20,000 nt of DNA from an uncultured virus (IMG/VR IMGVR_UViG_3300030330_006222) (taxonomy: Duplodnaviria > Heunggongvirae > Uroviricota > Caudoviricetes), in the IMG/VR virus record IMGVR_UViG_3300030330_006222; one strand, given 5' to 3'. Position numbers and translations under genes: made by a program. Below are positions 1 to 9,431 of the stretch, piece by piece. The notes beneath the pieces are model-generated. The model saw only the letters and a program-made list of their open reading frames with translations. It was not told the origin of the DNA and searched no databases. Position 1 is the stretch's first letter, and each line of letters opens with the position of its first letter.

Positions 1-507
1 TAATATGTTATGCTTAGAAACCTCATTAGCTAATTGCTTGGTCAGTCCTATAATTCCATATTTACTAGAGGTGTAGTGTACACCGCTTACGATGCTTTTG
101 TTACGACCGGCAATTGAAGACACGTTTACTATTCTGCCATACTTCTGCTGTTTCATTAGATTTACTGCTTCTTTGCAAATAACAAAAAACGATTTTAAGT
201 TTACATCCATCAAGCGGTCCCATTCAGCGATTTCAATGTTTTCAATGGGCTCACAAAGGTTTGTGCCAGCAACATTGATAACAAAATCCACATCATCTAG
301 CTTGGAGAAGATAAACTTTATGTCTTCAACGTTGGACAAGTCACACTTAAGATCTCTTACCAGGTGCAAATCTGCAGATGTTCTTGAGGCGTTATATACA
401 ATAGCACCAGCAGAAGCAAACTGACGGCATATTTCTTTGCCTATTCCCTTGCTTCCGCCAAAAACTAATACTACCTTTCCTAAAAAGTTAAAGGTTATAT
501 CACTCAT
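1..507 (-). CDS. Classical short-chain dehydrogenase/reductase (SDR, FabG-like); 3' end runs off the window
   Basis: Not in the ORF track; translated by hand from ATG at 507: MSDITFNFLGKVVLVFGGSKGIGKEIC...VINVAGTN...GRIVNVSSIAG...HYTSSKYGIIGLTKQLANEV. It has the GxxxGIG Rossmann motif, an NxAG motif, the catalytic Ser and YxxxK. Confidence 0.93.
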   Translation of the reverse strand, partial: MSDITFNFLGKVVLVFGGSKGIGKEICRQFASAGAIVYNASRTSADLHLVRDLKCDLSNVEDIKFIFSKLDDVDFVINVAGTNLCEPIENIEIAEWDRLMDVNLKSFFVICKEAVNLMKQQKYGRIVNVSSIAGRNKSIVSGVHYTSSKYGIIGLTKQLANEVSKHNIL

Positions 508-931
508 CTTCGTATACATGATTCACATCTGGTCTTGTTATCGCGTATCTAACACCGGGACCGTCACCAACGCACTTAATGTGATGCCATGTATTTTTAG
601 GAACCACAATAATATCATTCTTCTTGACACGTTGGGTTCCTATACCTTCAATCCACCATTCCCACTCACCATCTAGAATGACCCAGTTTTCATCTGCATC
701 AGGATGGAAGTGTTTACGGTTGCCTTCGCCAGGATGTTGTTGGATGACAACACCACCAAACAGCTCATTATAAGCAATTCTTACCGCCCAAGAGCCCATG
801 CCAAGATCTTCACGAAGATCACGCAAATTGACTGTTGAACAGTTCTCATATTTTACTAGCTCTGAATGTCCTACACCATCGTTTTTGAGGACATTAACAA
901 GATCGCTGTCTGAGTTAGTTTTTATTCCCAT
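500..931 (-). CDS. Cupin-domain protein (Cupin_2-like)
   Basis: 143 aa with cupin motif 1 PGEGNRKHFHPDADENWVILDGE and motif 2 DIIVVPKNTWHHIKC. Overlaps both neighbours. Confidence 0.88.
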   Translation of the reverse strand: MGIKTNSDSDLVNVLKNDGVGHSELVKYENCSTVNLRDLREDLGMGSWAVRIAYNELFGGVVIQQHPGEGNRKHFHPDADENWVILDGEWEWWIEGIGTQRVKKNDIIVVPKNTWHHIKCVGDGPGVRYAITRPDVNHVYEDE

Positions 932-2826
932 TATCTTGTCTCGTTTTTAAATTTTGGTAACAAAATGAAATCTTTGATACGCTTTGATACACTAGTAGAA
1001 TTTAACATACTAAGTACCGGTTTGTCAAGTTTAAATCTCTTATCTTTTAATAAAACATTCTTACAATGCATCATCTGTGAAAGCTGATCATGTAACACTC
1101 TATCAGGTCCGTTTGGTGTCCCTGAAGGACCGTACGTATCTGTGTATTGTTTGTTGTATTTGCCTTCATCTGATTGTGGAACTCCGCCGCTGTAGAAATC
1201 CAAACCAAACACGGCTAACTCTTTAATTGGATAGCCTAATAACATATTTAATGCACCGTAACCAGAATTAAAGTTTGCTGAATATACTGTGTATACTCCC
1301 TTATCAAATTTTTCAATGTGTTGCTTTGCATAGATTTCCCAATACAATGCCCATCGATCCCAGGTAGAATCTTCATTTTTAAGATGCACGAACGGCACAT
1401 TTAATTCAGCGAACTTTGATTCATATACCTCATCTACCATAGCCCATGTGCCATCTGGCTTCATTTGGCTGGCTGTATCGTTACAAATAACAAACTTAGG
1501 TCTCTGTTCTTCTGGTAATGATTGTATGTGTTCAACAACCGGGGGTCCATAATTAGAATTTAAACAGCTTTGAATAATATCAGTTCTAGTCCCATAGTCT
1601 TCTTCATTTGGAATGCCGTGCTGTATGCGCACTACAACGTCATATGAATCAATTAACTCACCCTGACCAAGTCCTTTCATGTATGGTGCCGGACCTACAA
1701 ACGCCACCTTTTTATCTTTGAGATACTCACTTAGTTGCTCATCAGTGCTAAAATTTTTCATAAACAAGGCTTCAGGTGTGATTCTTTGAAACTGATCTAC
1801 ACATTCTGAAGTCGTTAACTTTCTGCAATTTTCTATTGTATTGTTAATGCGTTCTGTAATTTCTATCCATGGATTAGTCGTTGTTTTTAAATCAGAATAC
1901 TTGATTGTGGAGAGCATCTCGTTTATTATTTGTTCATTTTCAGAATTTATGTCAGACATTTGTTTTCTAACACTAACTTCTATATTATTAAACCATTCAT
2001 GCTCCAAATCAAAGAAAAGTTCTATTGTTTCACGATTAAAATAATCCTTTATGTGATGATCGCTAACTGGGACCAATTTATTATCCAGTGCTATTTTTTG
2101 AAATACTGATTTTATCAACATAGAATTATATTTTTGAGACTCATTGGTGGCGTATCTATCAATGGTAGCGACTTTCTTAAACGCTGGACGAATCCACTTC
2201 CACATCTCATTCATTCTGTAATCGTTCCAGGCGCCGTCTAGGTTGTGGGGTGCTTCCATATCAGTGTTTCCGTTGTCGTAGACCATTTTGTGACTACAAA
2301 CAACGTGCCTTAAAAACGGTATTTCTAAAATATTAAACAAATGACAAGCTTCAACGCCACCACCAAAATTAGTAATCATTGGAAAAAACCATTTCATTAG
2401 CGAGTGGTGGATAACCTTCATGCCACAATGAGTAAATGGAAGCACAGAGGCGTCTTTACTGTCACGATAGTCAGTATTCGCAGCATAGGGAGTGGTCATA
2501 CCATTGCCAGGATAGTAAGTCAACACAGCGGGATTAAATTTATTTAAATCCTCAAGAATCTGTTCTTTTACTCCTAAGTCTCGTAATGGTCTAAAGTTGT
2601 AATCATAATCCACAAACGCATAATACTCATACTGTTGTGGCACCATCGCAGCCAAAATATTTCTGGTATCGGTCCACGTAGTATTTGGGCAATATTTAAG
2701 AGCATCTTTGTTAGGTCCATCGTGAGTAACAAAGTAAAAATCACACTCTTCTTGTTTTGAAAAGTATTCAATATGCTTAGGATTGGGAGTTAAAGGCGTA
2801 ACTTGCAATACGCAAAACTTCTTCAC
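931..2826 (-). CDS. Two-domain glycosyltransferase: N-terminal putative GT-A domain plus C-terminal GT29 (sialyltransferase-like) domain
   Basis: Likely GTG start at 2826 (GTGA overlap with the gmd stop; the track starts at 2841). The N-terminal part has FYFVTHD, WTDTRN and a DxD motif in YAFVDYDY. The C-terminal part has sialylmotif-L-like KKVAFVGPAPYMKGLGQGELIDSYDVVVRI...DYGTRTD, motif-S-like NSGYGALNMLL...LAVFGLDFY, and a late His (LHDQ). Confidence 0.72.
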   Translation of the reverse strand: MKKFCVLQVTPLTPNPKHIEYFSKQEECDFYFVTHDGPNKDALKYCPNTTWTDTRNILAAMVPQQYEYYAFVDYDYNFRPLRDLGVKEQILEDLNKFNPAVLTYYPGNGMTTPYAANTDYRDSKDASVLPFTHCGMKVIHHSLMKWFFPMITNFGGGVEACHLFNILEIPFLRHVVCSHKMVYDNGNTDMEAPHNLDGAWNDYRMNEMWKWIRPAFKKVATIDRYATNESQKYNSMLIKSVFQKIALDNKLVPVSDHHIKDYFNRETIELFFDLEHEWFNNIEVSVRKQMSDINSENEQIINEMLSTIKYSDLKTTTNPWIEITERINNTIENCRKLTTSECVDQFQRITPEALFMKNFSTDEQLSEYLKDKKVAFVGPAPYMKGLGQGELIDSYDVVVRIQHGIPNEEDYGTRTDIIQSCLNSNYGPPVVEHIQSLPEEQRPKFVICNDTASQMKPDGTWAMVDEVYESKFAELNVPFVHLKNEDSTWDRWALYWEIYAKQHIEKFDKGVYTVYSANFNSGYGALNMLLGYPIKELAVFGLDFYSGGVPQSDEGKYNKQYTDTYGPSGTPNGPDRVLHDQLSQMMHCKNVLLKDKRFKLDKPVLSMLNSTSVSKRIKDFILLPKFKNETR

Positions 2827-3794
2827 AGTTCGCGCTCCCATCTCTCAATCATTTCATCCAGCATGGAACTAAAGGTGTATTCTGGCTCCCACCCAAGCAC
2901 CTTACGCGACTTTGAAGAATCACCTTTAAGGTACTTAAGCTCTTCTGGGCGCATATATTTAGGGTTTTGAACAATATAATCTCTATAGTCCATATCGAGC
3001 TTAGAGAACACTTGCTCACACAAGTCTCTAACGGAGTGTGTTTCGCCTGTTGCTACAATAAACTCGTCCGGCTCATCGTGGTTAATAATCATATGCATTG
3101 CGCGGACGTAGTCCTTGGAGTGACCCCAATCACGGTAAGAATCCATATTTCCTAATTCCAGCTTATCTTGTAATCCTTTCTTAATTGATACCGCGCCCTT
3201 CACCACCTTATTGGTGACGAAGTTGGAGCCGCGTCGAGGAGATTCGTGATTGAACAAGATACCGTTGCAAGCATGCAGCTTGTAAGCGTGTCTATAGTGC
3301 CTCACAAGGTTATATCCCATCACTTTAGCACAACCATAAGGGCTGACAGGGTTCATCGGTGTAGTAAGCCTCTGCACACCATCATCGTCCACAGAATTAC
3401 CAAACATCTCCGAAGAGCTAGCTTGGTAGAATTTAGCGTTTGGCACCAGAGTGCGATAAACCTCTAACATATTCAATACACCCAAAGCATTTGTTTGGAT
3501 TGTAAATGAAGGCATATCAAAACTAACTCTAACATGACTCATAGCACCAAGATTGTAGATCTCGTCTGGTTGTACCTCTTGAGTGATTCTTACCAAAGAT
3601 GGATAATCAAGAAGGTCTCCGTAGTGAGTGTGAACGTGCTCATTCAAACCAAGCTTATCGAGACGGTGGTTTTGGTTTTCTGCAACTGAATGTCTGCGTA
3701 CAATTCCGTGTACTTCATATCCTAGCGATAATAAGTGCTCTGATAAGTAACTTCCGTCTTGTCCGGCAATACCAGTTATAAGTGCCTTTTTCAT
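2823..3794 (-). CDS. gmd: GDP-mannose 4,6-dehydratase
   Basis: KKALITGIAGQDGSYLSEHLL, YNLGAMSHVRVSF, FYQASSSEMFG, SPYGCAK, GILFNHESPRRG..FVT.K and RDWGH are diagnostic GMD motifs. Confidence 0.97.
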   Translation of the reverse strand: MKKALITGIAGQDGSYLSEHLLSLGYEVHGIVRRHSVAENQNHRLDKLGLNEHVHTHYGDLLDYPSLVRITQEVQPDEIYNLGAMSHVRVSFDMPSFTIQTNALGVLNMLEVYRTLVPNAKFYQASSSEMFGNSVDDDGVQRLTTPMNPVSPYGCAKVMGYNLVRHYRHAYKLHACNGILFNHESPRRGSNFVTNKVVKGAVSIKKGLQDKLELGNMDSYRDWGHSKDYVRAMHMIINHDEPDEFIVATGETHSVRDLCEQVFSKLDMDYRDYIVQNPKYMRPEELKYLKGDSSKSRKVLGWEPEYTFSSMLDEMIERWEREL

Positions 3795-4381
3795 TTAAAA
3801 ATCTCCATTTGTGTTAAGTCTGGCCAGTCTTCTACTGTCCATTTTGTTGGTTTAGTGGCGATTGCAGTCTGTAATTTTTCTAAACCAAGTTGCGCTGTTT
3901 CAGGTGTCATATAATAATGATACCCAACAGAAGAAATATTCTGCTCGCGCCAAGGTACATCAGGTAGTCTACCATCATACGACATTTTTTTCAAGCGTAA
4001 AGCTGCTTCTTTATTATCAGTAAGGATCATTCCACCTCGTCCCAAACTAAGATGCTTGCGAAATTGAAAACTTAAGCACATGAAAGTGTTTGGAATATAA
4101 GAATCTTTTTCCCACAAAACTGCGGCATCTATAATATTTGAGTCACCAAGGTAATAATAATCTTGCCAAGTCTCATCGCGCCAACTAAAATCTATGTTTA
4201 GTTTCTGTGCTAAAAATGGAACCGATATGTACGTTCTTTTTGGAGTCGAGAACTTTTGTATTTTCTGGTCTCTTAGACACAATTCTAAAGCATGTGTGCA
4301 GCAATCAACTGCCACACCGTAAGGAGAACCAAAGAAGTTCGCTATTTGATTTTCAAATTCATTTATAACTTCAAAACTCAT
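3791..4381 (-). CDS. DegT/DnrJ/EryC1/StrS-family PLP-dependent aminotransferase-like protein, short form (196 aa)
   Basis: FENQIANFFGSPYGVAVDCCTHALELCL, IIDAA, SFQFRKHLSLGRGGMILT (PLP lysine context) and GYHYYMT...AQLGL. Confidence 0.85.
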   Translation of the reverse strand: MSFEVINEFENQIANFFGSPYGVAVDCCTHALELCLRDQKIQKFSTPKRTYISVPFLAQKLNIDFSWRDETWQDYYYLGDSNIIDAAVLWEKDSYIPNTFMCLSFQFRKHLSLGRGGMILTDNKEAALRLKKMSYDGRLPDVPWREQNISSVGYHYYMTPETAQLGLEKLQTAIATKPTKWTVEDWPDLTQMEIFK

Positions 4382-4922
4382 TTTTCAAACACTCCACATT
4401 AAGACTGACCAAAACACCATTTTCTTTATCCATGTGTGGGATATATGCTTGCGAGTGATCATCAAATTTAGCATGCTCAGTATCTCTCCAATCATAGTAT
4501 TGTATATTGCAAAAGTCTAGACTGGCTAGTAAACTAGCTAGGCTTCTGAAATCGTATGTAGTCTTGTGATAAATGGTTTCATTATCCATTGGCATCCTAC
4601 CATATAGCGGACCAAGTATGTTTTCTAACTTAATTTTCTTATCTAAATAAAGTTGCGCTAATACAGGAAAATTTGGCACCGCCAACCGCAACACTCCGTA
4701 CGGTTTTAAAGCGCGCTTCCATTCTTTTAGCAGAGGAATAACCTCTTCGCGATCAAAATATTCTATTACATGTGAGGCATATATGATATCAACTGAATTA
4801 TCCTCGAACTGACTTAGGTCCGTTATGTCACGATAGTCTAAATGTTCATAATCACCACCATCAATGTGAACCCAATCATTACCAAAGTTACGCCAGCCGC
4901 AGCCAATATTGATTTTAATCAT
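4371..4922 (-). CDS. Class I SAM-dependent methyltransferase (Methyltransf_11-like)
   Basis: Likely ATG at 4922 (MIKINIGCG). Motifs NIGCG, FEDNSVDIIYASHVIEYF and EWKRALKPYGVLRLAVP. Confidence 0.85.
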   Translation of the reverse strand: MIKINIGCGWRNFGNDWVHIDGGDYEHLDYRDITDLSQFEDNSVDIIYASHVIEYFDREEVIPLLKEWKRALKPYGVLRLAVPNFPVLAQLYLDKKIKLENILGPLYGRMPMDNETIYHKTTYDFRSLASLLASLDFCNIQYYDWRDTEHAKFDDHSQAYIPHMDKENGVLVSLNVECLKNEF

Positions 4923-5334
4923 CAATAAACTCCTTGTCACTGGCTTGTCCGTAATAAGGACCAGTCTTGTATTCTAAAACCAAAGTGTTATCTTCAAGAA
5001 TTACATAATTATGACCACCGAATAATGTGATCGATAAGTCGCCAGTCTCTAATATTCTTCTTTCTACAATAGTGTCATCAAGATCGTAAAATATAGCCTC
5101 CACTCTACCGTTCATCACAACCCAAGATTCTTGAGCTATAGCACTTTTAGGTACAGTTTTGTAAATATGTTTGTGAGGTTTAAACGTCTTTCCCTTACTA
5201 AAATTTAAAATAGCTAACTGGAGGTATTGCTCTTCATCCACTATGTCATTTCTAACATCATTCAATTCAGCTGGTCTACAGACAATATGCAATAACTTAT
5301 CTGGTTCAACTTTAGAATATATTTTATCAAACAT
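4915..5334 (-). CDS. Cupin-fold protein (WbuC / sugar-isomerase-like)
   Basis: FKPHKH...QESWVVMNG...GDLSI...GGHNY...LEYKTGPY is a metal-binding cupin pattern typical of polysaccharide loci. Confidence 0.75.
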   Translation of the reverse strand: MFDKIYSKVEPDKLLHIVCRPAELNDVRNDIVDEEQYLQLAILNFSKGKTFKPHKHIYKTVPKSAIAQESWVVMNGRVEAIFYDLDDTIVERRILETGDLSITLFGGHNYVILEDNTLVLEYKTGPYYGQASDKEFIDD

Positions 5335-6026
5335 TATAATCCTAATGCTTTTTCAAGCGACATTCTTTTAAAACAACGCAGCGTTGTGATTGGGCTACAA
5401 TTTATAACTTGTATCCCAGCATGAGCGGCACGGTAGGCAAAGGCATTCCAAGTTGGTAAATGAAATTTGATTCCATCTGGAATATTGTATTCATCACCCT
5501 TTTGTTGGTAATCATCGAACCAATAGTTTGGATTCTTATCCGGTGTTTTTTCCATCTTAAGACCTGGACCGTCTTTCACGCATCCGTCTACAAATTCGAC
5601 GTAATTGCAATCAACTCCTAATAAAACAATCTTTTTGTATCCCAAAGCAGCTGCAGTTGAACAGGCATTTGCACCAGAGTTACCATTGTCGTGAAATTGT
5701 GCAAAATCCTTCGGAGATGAATTCCATTTGTTTGTTGTACCATATGGTAGTAAATTGACAAATTGAAATTTCTCATGGTTATCATTTATGTCTATGATAT
5801 AGAAGCACTTCTCAATTGGAGAATTGTCAATTAAATTATTAAAACTCTCGCGATGGTTTTCTGTAACTCGATAGTCATAGCAGCCGTGATATTTTGGCCA
5901 CCAATCCATTCTTTCATATGCTCTGTAAGCCGAGTTTAAACCAAAGGTATCAAACCCGTCAAGCTTGGCAAAATCAACGTCTTTCAAAGACGGACCATTG
6001 CCCATAATAACTATAGTATCACTCAT
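5334..6026 (-). CDS. Maf/DUF115 (MptE-like, Cst/GT42-related fold) putative glycosyltransferase
   Basis: IVIMGNGPSL, TFGLN, GNSGANA...ALGYKKIVLLGVDC and VINCS, the motif set of DUF115/MAF_flag10 and CMP-sugar transferases. Confidence 0.7.
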   Translation of the reverse strand: MSDTIVIMGNGPSLKDVDFAKLDGFDTFGLNSAYRAYERMDWWPKYHGCYDYRVTENHRESFNNLIDNSPIEKCFYIIDINDNHEKFQFVNLLPYGTTNKWNSSPKDFAQFHDNGNSGANACSTAAALGYKKIVLLGVDCNYVEFVDGCVKDGPGLKMEKTPDKNPNYWFDDYQQKGDEYNIPDGIKFHLPTWNAFAYRAAHAGIQVINCSPITTLRCFKRMSLEKALGL

Positions 6027-6876
6027 AATAACTCCAAAAAGCGTCTCCTCTGCTATCCATATGTTCGTAACACGACATCATTGTTTCAAACCAAGGCTCA
6101 TCCTTATGTTGAACATGCTCATTTAAAACTAACTGACATCCAAGCATTTTTGCCTCCATGACAAGTCTGGGACACGTGTCGCTTGCTTGCGGTAAGAAAA
6201 TAAGTCCTTTAGATGTGGACAGTTTAATTAATAGTTCATGATATTGTAAGCCTGAAATTAGTTCGTACTCTAGGTTATTCTCCTCGGCGTATGCAACAGC
6301 GAGGGCGCTTGGCTTTACTGGCGACACAGAATCTAAAATAAGATATTTATTGTCTTTCTCGTTATCTTTAATTGATAACATAAATCGTAAATCACCACCA
6401 CTAAACACTGAATTTAGCACTGCACAATTTTCATCTTTGAGAGCCGTAACTTTTTCAAGGATCATATTCTTTTGTTTTTCACTCATAAACCAAACTCTTT
6501 CAGCATATCCATAAAACGCAGAGTTAATTTTACCATGCATTTGTTTTTCACAGTCACAGGGCTCACCCTCAATTAACTGGTGTAATTCAAACGAACGATG
6601 TTTACAAATTTTATAATCATATTCTACGATCGAGTATGAACAGTTTTTAGCCATGTATAGTTTGATATCATCCTGTAGTTGGAAAAAGTTGCAAACTATA
6701 AAATGATGAGTGTCTTTGTTGTGGACTAAAGTTTTTTTGTCTAACTTTGCGCAATGAATCGGAGCAACATCAAAACCTCTACTAATACCATAACGCATAA
6801 TAGCGTCAGTGGTCAATTCAGCCCCACCAACGCCATCATTTATAAAAAAATCAGAGATAAAAGCAATTTTTTTCAT
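6019..6876 (-). CDS. GT-B fold (GT4-like) glycosyltransferase, compact
   Basis: N-terminal KIAFISDFF...GGAELT and C-terminal GLIFLPQASDTCPRLVMEAKMLGC (D/E-x7-E motif variant). Confidence 0.75.
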   Translation of the reverse strand: MKKIAFISDFFINDGVGGAELTTDAIMRYGISRGFDVAPIHCAKLDKKTLVHNKDTHHFIVCNFFQLQDDIKLYMAKNCSYSIVEYDYKICKHRSFELHQLIEGEPCDCEKQMHGKINSAFYGYAERVWFMSEKQKNMILEKVTALKDENCAVLNSVFSGGDLRFMLSIKDNEKDNKYLILDSVSPVKPSALAVAYAEENNLEYELISGLQYHELLIKLSTSKGLIFLPQASDTCPRLVMEAKMLGCQLVLNEHVQHKDEPWFETMMSCYEHMDSRGDAFWSYYE

Positions 6877-8141
6877 AGTAAATCATTAAGCAGATTTTCT
6901 ACTTCTTCCTGTTTCTCTTCTTCTCCCTTCAAATCTACGATACAGTTTACAAACTCTTCGTACATATTTTCAGGTGAAAATTGCTGTCTTAAATCAAGCG
7001 CTCGGCTGCAACTATTAAGTGCAATCGAGTCCTCTACATTGTTCGTAATATCATTATAACAATTTCTCATTTGTTCCTTAACCGAATGTGGTCTTGCATA
7101 TGACCAGCCAGATTCTTTTAGAATTACCCCATCCCAAACAGCAGCTTCAGGTACAGTATTGATATCAAATGCTACTTGGTAAAAATGTGGCTTGGGCGGG
7201 ATGGCATTATCATATATGAAATCGCATTGTCCGGACCAACCAACTGCTACAACAGGTAGCCCACTATAAGCAGCTTCGAAGATTGGTAATCCAAAACCCT
7301 CACCGTGCGGAATAGCGACCATGGCATGAATCTTTTCATCCTGATATAAGGAATGCATTTCTTCGTCTGACATATGTCCGTGAATTAGATAGATCTTACA
7401 CTTTCTATCATCGGCAGAAACCTGGTTAATCATATTTCTTAAATTCGCCAAACACATGTTTCTGTCCATCAAACAATTCTTCGCAATATTGGTTTTAACA
7501 ACAAGTCCAACATCTTCGTCTTTGAACTCCTCAATAAAACACTTTATTGTTGTTTCCAAGTTTTTACGAGGTCCGAGTTGGGCTACAGTTACAAAATTAA
7601 ACTTGGTCTCTAATTCAAGATTTAAGTCTGGTAAATCATCATACTGTTTAACTGGGTAATTAACTGCTGTAATATCTGCACTGTTTTCAAGTATAATTCT
7701 TTGACCGGTCGATTCATCAACACCCTCAAAGCGCGCTGCTGACAAAACATTCTTCGAATGATTAGATACAACAATTATAGAATCCATTTCATTACACTTG
7801 GCTGTCCACTCTGGGGCGCAGAGAGTAGTCTCAATTCCTGCAGTGTATCCTATGTCCCTCTTGGCTATATTCATAAACTCATTCGGAATAGTCACTTGTA
7901 AAGAGATATCGAACTGACCACCTTGTTGTACAAAGCCAACAGTCTTTTCGATTGTTTCGTCAATCCACCTTCTTTCAGGCGTATCATCAATAATCCAAGA
8001 TGTTTGTCCCCAAGTTATTGGCTTAATATAAACATCAAATAAGTCTTCGCGACTTCTAAGAGCCCTCAAAGCAAATCGAGCTTGCTCTCCATAACCACTA
8101 CGAGTCAGTATAGGTCCGACTAACAATACACTTTTTTTCAT
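6873..8141 (-). CDS. GT4-family glycosyltransferase
   Basis: ATG at 8141 with a GGAGG RBS and ATGA overlap. Motifs SGYGEQAR, PRKNLET and GEGFGLPIFEAAYSGLPVV (E-x7-E). Confidence 0.9.
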   Translation of the reverse strand: MKKSVLLVGPILTRSGYGEQARFALRALRSREDLFDVYIKPITWGQTSWIIDDTPERRWIDETIEKTVGFVQQGGQFDISLQVTIPNEFMNIAKRDIGYTAGIETTLCAPEWTAKCNEMDSIIVVSNHSKNVLSAARFEGVDESTGQRIILENSADITAVNYPVKQYDDLPDLNLELETKFNFVTVAQLGPRKNLETTIKCFIEEFKDEDVGLVVKTNIAKNCLMDRNMCLANLRNMINQVSADDRKCKIYLIHGHMSDEEMHSLYQDEKIHAMVAIPHGEGFGLPIFEAAYSGLPVVAVGWSGQCDFIYDNAIPPKPHFYQVAFDINTVPEAAVWDGVILKESGWSYARPHSVKEQMRNCYNDITNNVEDSIALNSCSRALDLRQQFSPENMYEEFVNCIVDLKGEEEKQEEVENLLNDLL

Positions 8142-9424
8142 GCGACCTCCAGTAAGTGCCATTTTTTATAATTCTTTCTAGTTTCCCAAGAACCACTTTC
8201 TTCAATAACCTTGTCCATAAACTCAACCCACTGTTTTTCATAGTTTTCAAAACTAAAGTTTTCTTTAATGTGTTGAATACCTGCTTCAGACATTTTCTTA
8301 TATTTTGTTTTTGGCTGCTTGAGTGCCTTTGTAAGCGTCTTTTCAAAATCCTTTTGGCTAATCCTATCTTCATAGATATAAGGCACCTGAAGCGAACCAA
8401 TGATGGTTTTAGAGCACGGTTGAATACCCCAGCCAAACCAATTGGTACCATCTGTAACCTGTTCTTGAAGACCACCGGTCATGTTTACAATAATGGGTGT
8501 GCCACAAGATAAAGACTCCAGGGTAGCTAAACCAAAGCCTTCCGCATCAGAAATGTTAATAGTATAGTCTGAAGCATTGTACATAATCGCTAATTGTTCA
8601 GGACCAACTTTAGTAGTGGACAATAGTACTTGTCCATGGTTAAGACCAAGATGTTCAATAATGTGCGGAAGATCTTGCCCGTGGGGGTCACGTGCATCAG
8701 TGTGCATAACTAAGGCTGCCTTATCGTGCCCAACCTTATCAAGCCACTCTTTAAACCACCAGATCAACGTTCCAGATTGTTTGCGGCGTGCATTGCGGTT
8801 GTTCCAAAAGAAAATCTTTTTCTTTGGATTTCTATTCTCTTCGTTAGCTGTGTCTATGATTTTTTGGCGAGTTGCCTTAACCGCTTCTAATTCTGGACCG
8901 TCTGTTAACGGGCGAAAAAATGTTGGATTAACAGCATGGCTGATATGAGTCCCAAAAGAATCTGGAGAACATGTCCGAACTATCTCTTCCGTTACTCTGG
9001 AAATAGATACAACATAATCAGTAGAATCATAATAAGCTTTGTTATACAGAGGTACAGGGAAGTTATCCCACACGTGATAATAAACCATCGGGACCAAAGA
9101 CCGTACTTCATCTTCAATTTCCCAAAGCCACTCATAAAAACGTGGATCAGTCATAAACCACAGTACATCTGGCTTTTCTTTTCTCAGTGCTGATCTGATA
9201 GTTTCATCATTACCATAGCCGTCTACTGGAATAATCAAAAAGTCTTTTCCATATGGATCCACAGTAATAGGGGTATAATCAGCATGCTTCATAGCACCCC
9301 CCAAACAAACAAACTGGTAACGACCAGTCTTTAACAAAGCTTCAATCATATACTTTGTTTGAGTGCCGACACCAGAGGGCGAAAGCGGGTGGTCAGATAA
9401 GACCAAAATTTTCTTTTTTGTCAT
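8138..9424 (-). CDS. GT4-family glycosyltransferase
   Basis: KILVLSDHPLSPSGVGTQT, NNRNARRK and AEGFGLATLESLSCGTPII...TGGLQEQV. Confidence 0.92.
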   Translation of the reverse strand: MTKKKILVLSDHPLSPSGVGTQTKYMIEALLKTGRYQFVCLGGAMKHADYTPITVDPYGKDFLIIPVDGYGNDETIRSALRKEKPDVLWFMTDPRFYEWLWEIEDEVRSLVPMVYYHVWDNFPVPLYNKAYYDSTDYVVSISRVTEEIVRTCSPDSFGTHISHAVNPTFFRPLTDGPELEAVKATRQKIIDTANEENRNPKKKIFFWNNRNARRKQSGTLIWWFKEWLDKVGHDKAALVMHTDARDPHGQDLPHIIEHLGLNHGQVLLSTTKVGPEQLAIMYNASDYTINISDAEGFGLATLESLSCGTPIIVNMTGGLQEQVTDGTNWFGWGIQPCSKTIIGSLQVPYIYEDRISQKDFEKTLTKALKQPKTKYKKMSEAGIQHIKENFSFENYEKQWVEFMDKVIEESGSWETRKNYKKWHLLEVA

Positions 9425-9431
9425 TTAAACC

